A stretch of DNA of 29,512 nt, taken from Macrostomum lignano. Taxonomy: Eukaryota. This document shows positions 9,621 to 21,000 of the stretch, in pieces (the first letter of the stretch is position 1; each line of letters begins with the position of its first letter). The translations under genes and the position numbers were made by a program. The stretch is taken from positions 1 to 29,512 of the forward strand of contig NIVC01004983.1 of the NCBI GenBank assembly GCA_002269645.1. Reading direction: 5' to 3'. The notes beneath the pieces are model-generated. The model saw only the letters and a program-made list of their open reading frames with translations. It was not told the DNA's origin and did no database searches.

Positions 9621-10429
9621 TATTTGGTCGGATTAATTGATGACTTGTTAATTGACTCCTCCAGTAACAATTCAGTCAGCTAAGCTCTGTAAGTAAACGT
9701 AATAAACCTTAATTTAATCGAGTAAATTCAGTTATTTGCTTATGTCATAGTGGCAGGTAATTTTTAGATCGAAAGCGATAAGGCTACAAAAAGAATTAAA
9801 ATTCACACAGCCTACTGAACTTTCCTTAGAATTAACTTTATTAAAATTTATGAAAACTTAATTATCTTTATTATAAGATCGGACAGCCTTGGCTCGTCAA
9901 TTAATGAACAAGCTAAAGCATTTTATGGAGCCTTTGTAGCAGTCAATGTGGCGGAAGTGAGCTAGCATTTTGTGTATATTCTGTGGTATCGTATCGATTA
10001 CTGTGTAGCTCTATAGTTACAAAGATATGAAACAACAATATATCCAATAATAAATCAAACGCTTTGAAACATACTGATGTAGAAGGCATGGAATATAATA
10101 ATATCAATCGAAGGCCTAAAGGTTTATGACAGTTCAGAAAGCGTTTGGGGTAAAAAGTAAAAAGCCAACTTAAATGACAGATCACAATAATAATTACATG
10201 AAACGGCAAAAGTTTCGCTTGAATTCAGATTCCTATTTTACAAGCGTCTGATCTTGAACAGCAGTATAAATCGAAAGAACATCGCAAATTGAGCTACTTG
10301 GTAAAAAATCGAGTATAGCTAGTAGAGTCTAGCAAAATTACACATGGAATATGTACACATTTCAGTACAAAAAGCTGACTTAAATTTAACTTGATTCTTC
10401 TACTTGGCGAATTTCCCTAAATTTATAGA

Positions 10430-10735
10430 GGCTTTATGTAGCCTGTGGTGGAGCTTCGGATTCAAGCCTGCAAGGTCAAGGTTCGATTCCCGATCCCACT
10501 CGGAATAATTTGTGTTCTTGACCATGACACTTCACTCTGCATTGCTTCAGTTCACCCAATTGTAAAGTGAGTGCCAGCATTAGCTGGGGTAATTGAGGGT
10601 GTGTGTGGCGACCCCCCCCCACCAGTCCTTGGACTGAACAGCCGTACGGAGCCTTCAGATGCGCCGCGCAATAGCTGCGGCTGAGCTGTCGGTTGCACAT
10701 CTGCCCGTAGGGTCAATGTAGAGTCAATCGATATA
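10430..10735 (+). mobile_element. tRNA-derived SINE with CORE-like central domain; ends approximate
   Basis: A-box-like TAGCCTGTGGT (10439-10449) and B box GGTTCGATTCC (10480-10490). Then TGTGTTCTTGACCATGACACTTCACTCTGCATTGCTTCAGTTCACCCAATTGTAAAGTGAGTGCC (10511-10575), which resembles the CORE-type SINE domain as recalled. GC-richer than its flanks. Confidence 0.7.
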
Positions 10736-10828
10736 CAAAATGTTAAACAAAATTAGTGCTAACACACTTAGGATTAGGTGACGAAAGTGTCAACTTATCA
10801 CGCATAACTGGATATTGTGTCATGCAGC

Positions 10829-12652
10829 TTACAATTTGTACTGAAAGCTGAGCTGCCTGTGCTGTCTTAGAGGCGCGGCGGCCTCCTCAGTGACAAGAGC
10901 TGATCCGGCCACGGTCAGGCTGGTCAGATTGTGCGCGCACTCGCTGCCAGCCAGCTTGGCAATCCCTGCGTCAGTCAAGCAGGACCAGAATCGCAATTCT
11001 AAGGTCTTCAATCCGCTAAAACTGGCCAAATAGTCGAACACGACGTTTGTTAGATTGTCATCCAGGTAGCCATTGTGCAAGGTTAGTACTTTCAATTGAC
11101 GTTTGGCATTAGTCTGGCTCAGACAGAGCACCCCATAGTTAGTGATGAGTTTCAATTTGTACAGGCGAATCTCTATCAGACAGGGCAGGCAACCCAGGGA
11201 AGCCAAACAATCGTCTGTCAGACAGACACAATTAGCAAGCTGCAGTGACTTGAGACAGCCGCCCGTAGCTGAATTAACCAAGTTGTTAACCAGCTCAGGA
11301 CTGAGATCTGCTCGACTCAAAGTGAATTCTCCTAGATTCGGAGTAGTGGCAGCTGGTCCGGCTAAAAGTGCAGCTAGAGAAGAAGCATCAATGCCGCTCC
11401 TATTCACAGACAGGTAGAGATTGGTGACCTGAGCTGGCTGGGCCGATATAATGGCAGTGAGCACCGGTGAAGAGTCCTTAGGTAGCGGACATATCAGCTT
11501 TAGATTGATCAATTTCTTGCACGATTTTAACAGACAGCTGAGGCCATCTGTTGCCGAAAATTCAGCCAAAAAAGACAAATGCAATTGTTTTAGTTGGCAA
11601 CAGCCGGTGCCCAAGTCTGCCAGGTAATTGTTGGCACTGACTTCAAATTCAACAGTTAGATTCAACTCGCGAAGCTGCTTCCAGTTTCTGCCAATAAGTT
11701 GCAGCGAATGCTGCAGCACCTGAGGTCCAGCGAAAAGTGTAGTGGACTCCACTGCAGGGCAGTTCACTAGCAATGATTCCAAAGCTTCTGTTGTTTGTAT
11801 TTTGATGTCCGGCAAGCAGATTGTCTTTAGGCCGCGACAAGCGGTAGCCAAGGAGATGAGCAGCTGATCTTGCGCGCTTCCAGTTTTCTCAAAAGTGAAG
11901 CACACAAACTTTTCAAGCAATGGACACTTGAGAATAGCCTGCGAAACCGAACCGATGCTGGCAAGCTTCACGCCAATCATGAGCTCTCGCAGTGGACAGC
12001 AGGCCAAAGCTTGCAAACTGGCATCGCTTAACTGTTGAGCATTTCGAGAAATTTTCAGCTTGAAAGCCGTAAAACTGACCAGCCCGGGCCATTTTTGCGA
12101 AGCTACAATGCAACAATCTGGGCTAAGGCACGACTTGCCAACGTCAAGACGTTTTATTTGCGGACAACTTGTTGCAAATGCACTCAAACCATTTGCAGTG
12201 ATATTGGAGGACTCAACAAGAACAAGCTCTTGTAGCCGAGGACAGTTAGTTGCTAAGGCGGCCAAAATTTCAGCATTAGTTGCTCCCTTAATCATGGTCG
12301 TGTAATGCTTGCTAAATCGGCATGCAATTTGCGTGAAACTCTGTAAGTTGCAAGCTCGCTTCAGTAAAATTCTCAATTGCATGGCTGACACTGATGTATC
12401 AATAGTAAGACTAACAATGAATTGGCAGATTTTTCGGCCTAACCGCTTAACTCGGTCAGCTGACATATTATCCATTGTATATATCAGTGATTTCCAAGTG
12501 CTGGGTCGCGAGGCTACCTGGTTCCACCAGCGTGACACCTGGCAGCAGGAGCTTAGATCAGCTTGATCCAGATAATGAAACACATTGCTAAGCAACATTA
12601 GAGGCATTGAGCCGAAACTATTTGATTGTTCAGCAGCTGTTAAGCTAGTCAT
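10829..12652 (-). CDS. F-box/leucine-rich-repeat protein (FBXL-like), single coding exon, 607 aa from the first ATG
   Basis: N-terminal F-box (MPLMLLSNVFHYLDQADLSSCCQVSRWWNQVASRPSTWKSL) followed by Cys-containing LRRs (CPRLQELVL, CPQIKRLDV, CRGLKTICL, CCQLKQLHL, CLKSLQLANCVCLTD, GLKTLELRFWSCLTD). The ORF track start at 12661 is TTG; the first ATG is at 12652. Confidence 0.92.
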   Translation of the reverse strand: MTSLTAAEQSNSFGSMPLMLLSNVFHYLDQADLSSCCQVSRWWNQVASRPSTWKSLIYTMDNMSADRVKRLGRKICQFIVSLTIDTSVSAMQLRILLKRACNLQSFTQIACRFSKHYTTMIKGATNAEILAALATNCPRLQELVLVESSNITANGLSAFATSCPQIKRLDVGKSCLSPDCCIVASQKWPGLVSFTAFKLKISRNAQQLSDASLQALACCPLRELMIGVKLASIGSVSQAILKCPLLEKFVCFTFEKTGSAQDQLLISLATACRGLKTICLPDIKIQTTEALESLLVNCPAVESTTLFAGPQVLQHSLQLIGRNWKQLRELNLTVEFEVSANNYLADLGTGCCQLKQLHLSFLAEFSATDGLSCLLKSCKKLINLKLICPLPKDSSPVLTAIISAQPAQVTNLYLSVNRSGIDASSLAALLAGPAATTPNLGEFTLSRADLSPELVNNLVNSATGGCLKSLQLANCVCLTDDCLASLGCLPCLIEIRLYKLKLITNYGVLCLSQTNAKRQLKVLTLHNGYLDDNLTNVVFDYLASFSGLKTLELRFWSCLTDAGIAKLAGSECAHNLTSLTVAGSALVTEEAAAPLRQHRQLSFQYKL

Positions 12653-12862
12653 TATCAGCAATGAAAAAATAAAAGTATAGGTAGTAAATTAAAATCATTT
12701 ACATGAGTTTTAAGGCAAATATTAAACCTAAAAAGAAGCTATTAGCTATAGCTTATATTGCTCAAGTATGCCTTGTGGTCAAGTGGACATTTTTGATTGA
12801 TATAGAATAAAATAAAAAAACTAAAGAAATAAAGAATACACCTAATAGATAAGAATGTTCTT

Positions 12863-12885
12863 TATACAAGGGCTATCCCAAAAGT
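12863..12885 (+). mobile_element. Possible degenerate Tc1/mariner-like terminal repeat fragment
   Basis: TATACAAGGGCTATCCCAAAAGT, similar to 15970-15990; resembles TA|CAGGGT.TCCCAAAA-type termini. No inverted partner found. Confidence 0.3.
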
Positions 12886-14719
12886 AGTGTTAATTTTCAT
12901 AAAATCTCTCATTCGAATGAATCAAACAATATAATTTTGTACAAATTTATTGCAGCAACTCTCAAGTTTCAACAAGTTCGAAATTAGCAAAATTATAAAG
13001 TGGTAGCTAACAAATGGTTAACTGGCTGTAATAAATGTATAAAATGATTGTGGTAAATGACTACAATAGACCCATGAAAATTGCACATTAATCTTGGCTG
13101 CATTATGCAAAATCCTCCAAAAGGTATAAATCACACTTCTCTAAGCAACACTTGAATGCACATCCATGACTTTTGGTGCAGCAAAATAAAGAAACAAAAA
13201 GCAATGAAGCTGAAGCCCAATGGGAAATATTCTGCTGCTTTAAAACATATTTCTTTCCAAGTTTTCCCATAGATATCTCTTTGCATAGTAGCCTAATAAA
13301 GAAGCCCAAGTTTAGGGCCTATGCAATCAAAAGTATTTTCACTACTTTTTGCTAGGTTGTTGACTAGCAACAACCAACTAGCAACTAGGTTGTTGACTGT
13401 TGACTAGGTTTGAGTTGCTGCTATAAAGCTGCTATAAGTCTATGGAACTTGAGTTCCTGCTAAATTTTTGTTTATAACTTTGTTTCCATTGTCTGTTTAT
13501 AATTTTAAAGTTAATATGAAGAAGAGAGTTGCTGCTATAAAGTTGTGCAAAATGATATTATTTGGATCATCAGAATAAGAGATATAATAAAAAGTAACAC
13601 TACAAATAGCTTTGTAGCTTTAAATTTATTGATTTAAATTAAATCACTTTCAATCAATCTATAGTAAAACTTCAACAGTTTAAAAATGAATTTTCTGTAA
13701 AAAAAAACAAAAAATAATAAGCAAAAAAATAACAACTAAATTGCATGACCTAATAAAAAAGCTATATAGGCAAGATTTTTAGGAAGAACAAACTCAAAGT
13801 GCATTGTCTATATTTAAGCCTATATTATGATTTAGGCTTAACATTTCCCTAGGAGCACTTGGTGTAGGTAGGTGTACACCTATGCCATAACATAGATGAA
13901 AAATTTTTATAGCTTAGATTCCACTGATTATAAATTATTCAGTATTTGATGATTGATTATTATTATCCACTGGGCCAATCGCTAAAAAAGTTAGTTTTTA
14001 TATAAACACGATAACAAATCAGCGTTCAAATCTGCGCCATGATTACAGCTGACCAAGCATATTTAGAGTCACTTTAAAGTTCTGATTGTCCTTACCGATA
14101 TATTTTTCGGGTAACTCAACAAAAATCATTCCTTCTATAAGGTAATCATGCGAATATAATAAAAAATTTAAGTATTTGTTTTTATAGGGTAAAATTTTTA
14201 ACTTGCTGCAACATGCCTGATGTGATCGCCCACGACCACCAGTCCTAGTTCAGTTCTAGGCTAGGCTTAGGTAGGCTAATAGCTTTTAATTATAAGGACA
14301 TTAAATTTAAAAAGACAAAAACTTGAAGAGACAATGCAGCATCATGTTGGGCTCGTTCTGAGTGTATGCGATCAATAAATAAGTGTAGTCAAGTGTAACA
14401 CACAATAATATCTATGCCTATGCCTATGGCAGGTATAATTTCAATTTAATAAATACCTATTATCATATAAGTGTGACATGACAAATTAAGTTAGGCCTAG
14501 AGTTTTGTACAGTATTTCTAGGGTTTAGACGACTAGAGTTGTCCTAGGCTTAGGTTTTTTGTTTAAAATTATATTAAGCCTAGGCCCTAGTTTATGTCTA
14601 AATAGGCCTAGATAATAATAAGCCTGATAAATTTCACTCATTTCCTATTGGTTGTAATTAGGGAAATATATGGTATAATTAAATTATATTATATTAGACC
14701 TGTAATCATTCCTTTTGGC

Positions 14720-15606
14720 CAGTGTTGGGCACCAGTCCGTTAATAAGTGTTAATCCATTAATAAGCGTAAATAAGCATTAAGATTTTTCATTAATGTTGT
14801 CGTTAACGGACTGTCATTAAGATTTTTTTGAACTAACAGATTAACAAATTTGCATTAAAAATTTTGTGAATTAACGATAAATTCATCATTAATGGTAGTG
14901 TCTATGTCAATGACCAAAGACGCAAAAAAGGAACGAAAAATAGAAGTCTTACAAGAAGATTAAACATTACAAATGTATTTGAGCTTACCTAAATGCCTAA
15001 ATATAATCTCTTTATTTATGACAATGATAATACAGACGTACATGTAATAAACAACTTCTTACAAATAAACTTTAAAAAAATGAATTAAAATAGTGTAAAA
15101 CTTTATTTCTTGCGCGTGAGCATTGATCGCTTTGATTCACTTCTGTCCCAATCTTTCGCAACTTTCTGCTGCGCCTGCTAATGGTACTGAAACAACCTTC
15201 CTATGCGTATTTAATTATGAATTTCTCATTATTAGCTTTTAAGTTTCAAATAAAATAAGTTACTTTTTTACCATATGCTTTACTTTTAGTAGTATTATAT
15301 ATGCAAGTTTTTAAAATGATTATTTATTACTTTTTTAGCTTTCAAATCACTTAGGTGACCTCTGTTTTTCGCTAAAAAGATGGAATAGCAAAGACGTGCA
15401 ATACGAAGTCTGTTTTGGAAAAAACGTGCAAGATTTCCGTATTTTCTGTGTTAGCTTTAATGGATTAATGCTTATTAACAATTATTAGTTAACTTTCAGT
15501 TAACTTAAGGAAATTAGGAGTTAAAAAGTAAAGATTTTTTTGTTTTAACGCTAATGCTTTTGCTATTAACGGAAGTTAAGATTTTCATTAATGGTGCCCA
15601 ATACTG
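14720..15606. mobile_element. Non-autonomous hAT-superfamily DNA transposon (887 bp)
   Basis: 14-bp TIRs CAGTGTTGGGCACC (14720-14733) and GGTGCCCAATACTG (15593-15606) with 1 mismatch. Perfect 8-bp TSD CTTTTGGC at 14712-14719 and 15607-15614. TTAAC/CATTAA-rich subterminal motifs at both ends and no long ORF. An 8-bp TSD with CAG termini is typical of hAT. Confidence 0.88.
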
Positions 15607-15969
15607 CTTTTGGCCTTTGGCTTTATTAGCTTTTATTATAGTCTAACCTATAATATAGATATTTATCCACTAATAGACAAAGCAAGTGGCCTAGCACAAA
15701 GTAAAATACATTTTTGCATATTTATTCCAATTTTTGCATAGCATTACTACTAGCAATGGTTTCCTACTAAACTGATAATAATAAACTATAGATTAAGACT
15801 TAATAAACTTATTAAGCTTAAAGCTAATAAAGACAAAGGGAATAATTATAGTGCATCTTTATAGCACCTATTTCCTTAATTACTACCAATTGAAAATAAG
15901 TAAACAATATAGATCTAGGCATTTTAGACATTTTATCTATTTAGACATTTAAAGTTATGGCTTTCTTGG

Positions 15970-15990
15970 TATAAAGGGTATCCCAAAAGT
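15970..15990 (+). mobile_element. Possible degenerate Tc1/mariner-like terminal repeat fragment
   Basis: TATAAAGGGTATCCCAAAAGT, similar to 12863-12885. No inverted partner found. Confidence 0.3.
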
Positions 15991-16811
15991 TCCTGAAATG
16001 TCTAACATAGCTCTTCAATGGAGCCATGAAATTTATGCCCATGGTGTCAAATGAAAGGAAATTTTGTCACAAAGAAAACAAATTTAAAATCATGTTGATA
16101 TCTTTTTTTATTCAGTAGCTGCAGCAAGAAATGTGCACAAAGGTCAGGGGTAATATTACACAACCTCACATATCAATGAAAATAATTTTTCATCTCTATT
16201 TTTAGATATTTTAATTAATTTTGAATTTGTGCTACTGATGTGTCAGAAAACATGGTAGTGTTTATAGAAAAAAGCAGAAATGCTTATAAAGCTAATCTGA
16301 GTTTTTGTGCAAGTGTAGATAATTCCTACCTAGCGCTTGCTTTCAACTTGAAATTTCTTTACAAAAATGAGTTCTCTTTAAAGCCTTGAAAGTCAATAAA
16401 GTCAAGTTTTTGCCTTTTGGTTAGTAGGATGGAGTGGAGCCAAGATTTCTGACCACTTATATTCCATCCACAGTAAGAATAGCTATTCTAGGACTAATGA
16501 AGTCAATTTGTTGAAGTTATCATATAATAAAATGAAAAAATCAACCTCAAAAGCAATTAATGCATAATATATTATTAATTTTTTCTCAGAGCCACTTGTA
16601 TTTAATATTAAATAAGAAAAAACTATCTTGTCTTTCAAATTGTTTTTAAATAGCATATTCTTAGGATAGATAAATATATTCTGAAAAATTACTTATATAT
16701 AGATTAATAGATTATATAGTTTTTCAGAATATATACTTCATTACTTCATTGCATTGCACTTGAGGAATGTATTTATATGGTTTGAATATCTCTACCTATA
16801 AAAATCAAAAA

Positions 16812-16813
<2 letters not shown>

Positions 16814-16842
<29 letters not shown>
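16814..16842. repeat. (TG)n microsatellite, about 14 units
   Basis: Read directly. Confidence 0.95.
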
Positions 16843-16846
<4 letters not shown>

Positions 16847-17889
16847 GCACGGGGCATTTGTTGGGCCATACGCGTACAACGGGACCCGCACTGTTGGGCC
16901 AAAAAAAATGTTGGGACTGTCCCATCAAGTCCGTCCAACACTTCCAAAAAACTTACAATAGCAGCTCAAAAAAAATACTCTATGGATTCAGCTCGACAGC
17001 CTCTTTTTGATGGTGCAACTCATTTTTAATAATTTTACTTTCTGAGTCCATAATTAAGCAAAAACTGGCGTCCCAATAAGGAAAAATGATACAAAATTCG
17101 ACCAAATCACTATTGGGACACTGAAATGGCTAATCTGCTCCCGCATATTTTTATTGGTTTTTTCTCATATTTTTACTAATAGTAGATTTCAAGCGCATTC
17201 ATTTGCTGCAGTCTTTGTTACAAGACGTAAATACATAGCATACATTAAAATACATACAAAGCAAAGCATAGCAAAACACTTTTAAGGGTATTTTATTGTC
17301 AAAGGATGGTTCTGGATGGAGATAAACCTAAAGAAATGACAAGGGCTTACATGTACTTCTGACTGTGATGGGCATCAGTACTCTACACGAACTAAATTGT
17401 TAGGACAGTGTTGCAGTGTTGAATACAACAGCCCACTCTTGTTAGGACTCATGCTATTGACTGCTGCGCGCATTCGATATTCTATAAATTGTTGGGACTG
17501 TGTGCTAGAGTGTCGTTTACAAAAGCCCACTCATATTAGGACTTACCCCGTACATGTTAGGACTAAGCCCTACCCCCCTGTGTACATGGCTCCAATTTAC
17601 CAGAGTCCCCTTGCTAGTTAAGTGTACTTTTATTTTGGTCTATTATTGACGCCACCCCGCAAACGTACGGTAAAACTAAATTGGCATGTACTCGCTATGC
17701 TGAAATCAATGGTCAACTCTGCCTCTGCCATGGCACCCGAGTCACCATGGTATGGAAAGAACAGCATGGAATGGCACAGCGAGAAACATGTAAGTGGTAT
17801 TAAAAAACTTTGTCGGAAACAAGAAGCATTTATATTTAAATGCTATAAAAAATACTGCTCCTGCTAAGCAGTACCTACCTTTACTTCAG

Positions 17890-17952
17890 GTATATCACCT
17901 TTGATCAACTGCCATGTGGCGCAATTGCCAAAGGATCCGTCGACTTTAACCA
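17890..17952 (+). other. Candidate 63-nt exon of an unidentified gene
   Basis: Acceptor ctacctttacttcag and donor GTAAGC. An upstream donor GTAAGT is at 17790 and a downstream acceptor ttttgtacttttaactctcag ends at 18064. Open in two frames; no recognisable domain. Confidence 0.35.
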
Positions 17953-18036
17953 GTAAGCTGTAAAAGCTTTGAGTAAAACTTGACATTTCGTCTGAATCCA
18001 TTGACACTCAATAGCCTACGTGTCCAACCACAAAAA

Positions 18037-21000
18037 TTATAAGTTTTGTACTTTTAACTCTCAGATCGGGTCTTAGCAGATTCTATAGCTATGCATGCAA
18101 GGGCCCCTCAGAGGAGATGCTTAAACACTGCAGTGCATTTTTCCTAGCAATTATTGGGACACGAAGTGTTGGGCCACTGTGTGTGTGTGTCTAGTTTTTT
18201 CCGCATTTGTTAAGTCACCTAAAGAACTCAATTAATAAAGGGCTCCAGAACAAATTGATGGGCAAACGGATGACACACTGCACAGAGACTTGTTGGGACA
18301 TATTAAAAACAGCTTATTTTAGAATGGGTACACTTTACTAAAGTAGAATGCTCCTACAGAAAGCTGCAAGCAAACTAGCATCTTCTGGAGCTGACATGCA
18401 GAGAAGAATGATTTTGTCGTCCTTGAAATCACTAAACAGATATGCGAAATCGATCTTTTGCTAATCCCACCACAGGTTCCAGTGAAAAGAAGAAACGAAA
18501 CCCATTGACTAAATTGGCAGTCGACTCAATCGATGCCGACTGCAACGGACCTGTCAGCTTCGAACTCAGGAGAGCAGCTAATAGTCTACGAGAGTAATGC
18601 TAGATGCCAGAATGCTTCACAGCATCAAAGTATTTAAAGCAGAAGCTTCAATAAAAGGTTAGTTCATGCTGTGGCTGCATTCGTTTTCGTGTCTAGAAGC
18701 GTTATAACTTTTTGTACTTTTAACTCTCAGATCGGGTCTTAGCAGATTCTATAGCTATGCATGCAAGGGCCCCTCAGAGGAGATGCTTAAACACTGCAGT
18801 GCATTTTTCCTAGCAATTATTGGGACACGAAGTGTTGGGCCACTGTGTGTGTGTGTCTAGTTTTTTCCGCATTTGTTAAGTCACCTAAAGAACTCAATTA
18901 ATAAAGGGCTCCAGAACAAATTGATGGGCAAACGGATGACACACTGCACAGAGACTTGTTGGGACATATTAAAACAGCTTATTTTAGAATGGTACACTTT
19001 ACTAAAGTAGAATGCTCCTACAGAAAGCTGCAAGCAAACTAGCATCTTCTGGAGCTGACATGCAGAGAAGAATGATTTTGTCGTCCTTGAAATCACTAAA
19101 CAGATATGCGAAATCGATCTTTTGCTAATCCCACCACAGGTTCCAGTGAAAAGAAGAAACGAAACCCATTGACTAAATTGGCAGTCGACTCAATCGATGC
19201 CGACTGCAACGGACCTGTCAGCTTCGAACTCAGGAGAGCAGCTAATAGTCTACGAGAGTAATGCTAGATGCCAGAATGCTTCACAGCATCAAAGTATTTA
19301 AAGCAGAAGCTTCAATAAAAGGTTAGTTCATGCTGTGGCTGCATTCGTTTTCGTGTCTAGAAGCGTTATAACTTTTTGTACTTTTAACTCTCAGATCGGG
19401 TCTTAGCAGATTCTATAGCTATGCATGCAAGGGCCCCTCAGAGGAGATGCTTAAACACTGCAGTGCATTTTTCCTAGCAATTATTGGGACACGAAGTGTT
19501 GGGCCACTGTGTGTGTGTCTAGTTTTTTCCGCATTTGTTAAGTCACCTAAAGAACTCAATTAATAAAGGGCTCCAGAACAAATTGATGGGCAAACGGATG
19601 ACACACTGCACAGAGACTTGTTGGGACATATTAAAAACAGCTTATTTTAGAATGGGTACACTTTACTAAAGTAGAATGCTCCTACAGAAAGCTGCAAGCA
19701 AACTAGCATCTTCTGGAGCTGACATGCAGAGAAGAATGATTTTGTCGTCCTTGAAATCACTAAACAGATATGCGAAATCGATCTTTTGCTAATCCCACCA
19801 CAGGTTCCAGTGAAAAGAAGAAACGAAACCCATTGACTAAATTGGCAGTCGACTCAATCGATGCCGACTGCAACGGACCTGTCAGCTTCGAACTCAGGAG
19901 AGCAGCTAATAGTCTACGAGAGTAATGCTAGATGCCAGAATGCTTCACAGCATCAAAGTCTTTAAAGCAGAAGCTTCAATAAAAGGTTAGTTCATGCTGT
20001 GGCTGCATTCGTTTTCGTGTCTAGAAGCGTTATAACTTTTTGTACTTTTAACTCTCAGATCGGGTCTTAGCAGATTCTATAGCTATGCATGCAAGGGCCC
20101 CTCAGAGGAGATGCTTAAACACTGCAGTGCATTTTTCCTAGCAATTATTGGGACACGAAGTGTTGGGCCACTGTGTGTGTGTGTCTAGTTTTTTCCGCAT
20201 TTGTTAAGTCACCTAAAGAACTCAATTAATAAAGGGCTCCAGAACAAATTGATGGGCAAACGGATGACACACTGCACAGAGACTTGTTGGGACATATTAA
20301 AAACAGCTTATTTTAGAATGGGTACACTTTACTAAAGTAGAATGCTCCTACAGAAAGCTGCAAGCAAACTAGCATCTTCTGGAGCTGACATGCAGAGAAG
20401 AATGATTTTGTCGTCCTTGAAATCACTAAACAGATATGCGAAATCGATCTTTTGCTAATCCCACCACAGGTTCCAGTGAAAAGAAGAAACGAAACCCATT
20501 GACTAAATTGGCAGTCGACTCAATCGATGCCGACTGCAACGGACCTGTCAGCTTCGAACTCAGGAGAGCAGCTAATAGTCTACGAGAGTAATGCTAGATG
20601 CCAGAATGCTTCACAGCATCAAAGTCTTTAAGCAGAAGCTTCAATGAAAGGTTAGTTCATGCTGTGGCTGCATTCGTTTTCGTGTCTAGAAGCGTTATAA
20701 CTTTTTGTACTTTTAACTCTCAGATCGGGTCTTAGCAGATTCTATAGCTATGCATGCAAGGGCCCCTCAGAGGAGATGCTTAAACACTGCAGTGCATTTT
20801 TCCTAGCAATTATTGGGACACGAAGTGTTGGGCCACTGTGTGTGTGTGTCTAGTTTTTTCCGCATTTGTTAAGTCACCTAAAGAACTCAATTAATAAAGG
20901 GCTCCAGAACAAATTGATGGGCAAACGGATGACACACTGCACAGAGACTTGTTGGGACATATTAAAAACAGCTTATTTTAGAATGGGTACACTTTACTAA

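Noticed and set aside
10439-10500. tRNA gene
   Set aside because: A and B boxes are present, but I could not fold a cloverleaf and the sequence continues into a SINE-like body.
11142-12566. Plus-strand ORFs overlapping the F-box gene
   Set aside because: Antisense shadow frames with no independent motifs.
13351-13440. Small GGTTGTTG/CAACAACC hairpin and short direct repeats
   Set aside because: Short, low-complexity and without defined element boundaries.
18529-18566. EF-hand-like peptide DADCNGPVSFEL in the array unit
   Set aside because: Position 12 is Leu rather than the required Glu, there is no partner EF-hand, and coding status is unproven.
18521-18657. AG..GT-bounded 137-nt segment in each array unit as an internal exon
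   Set aside because: Stops in all three frames.
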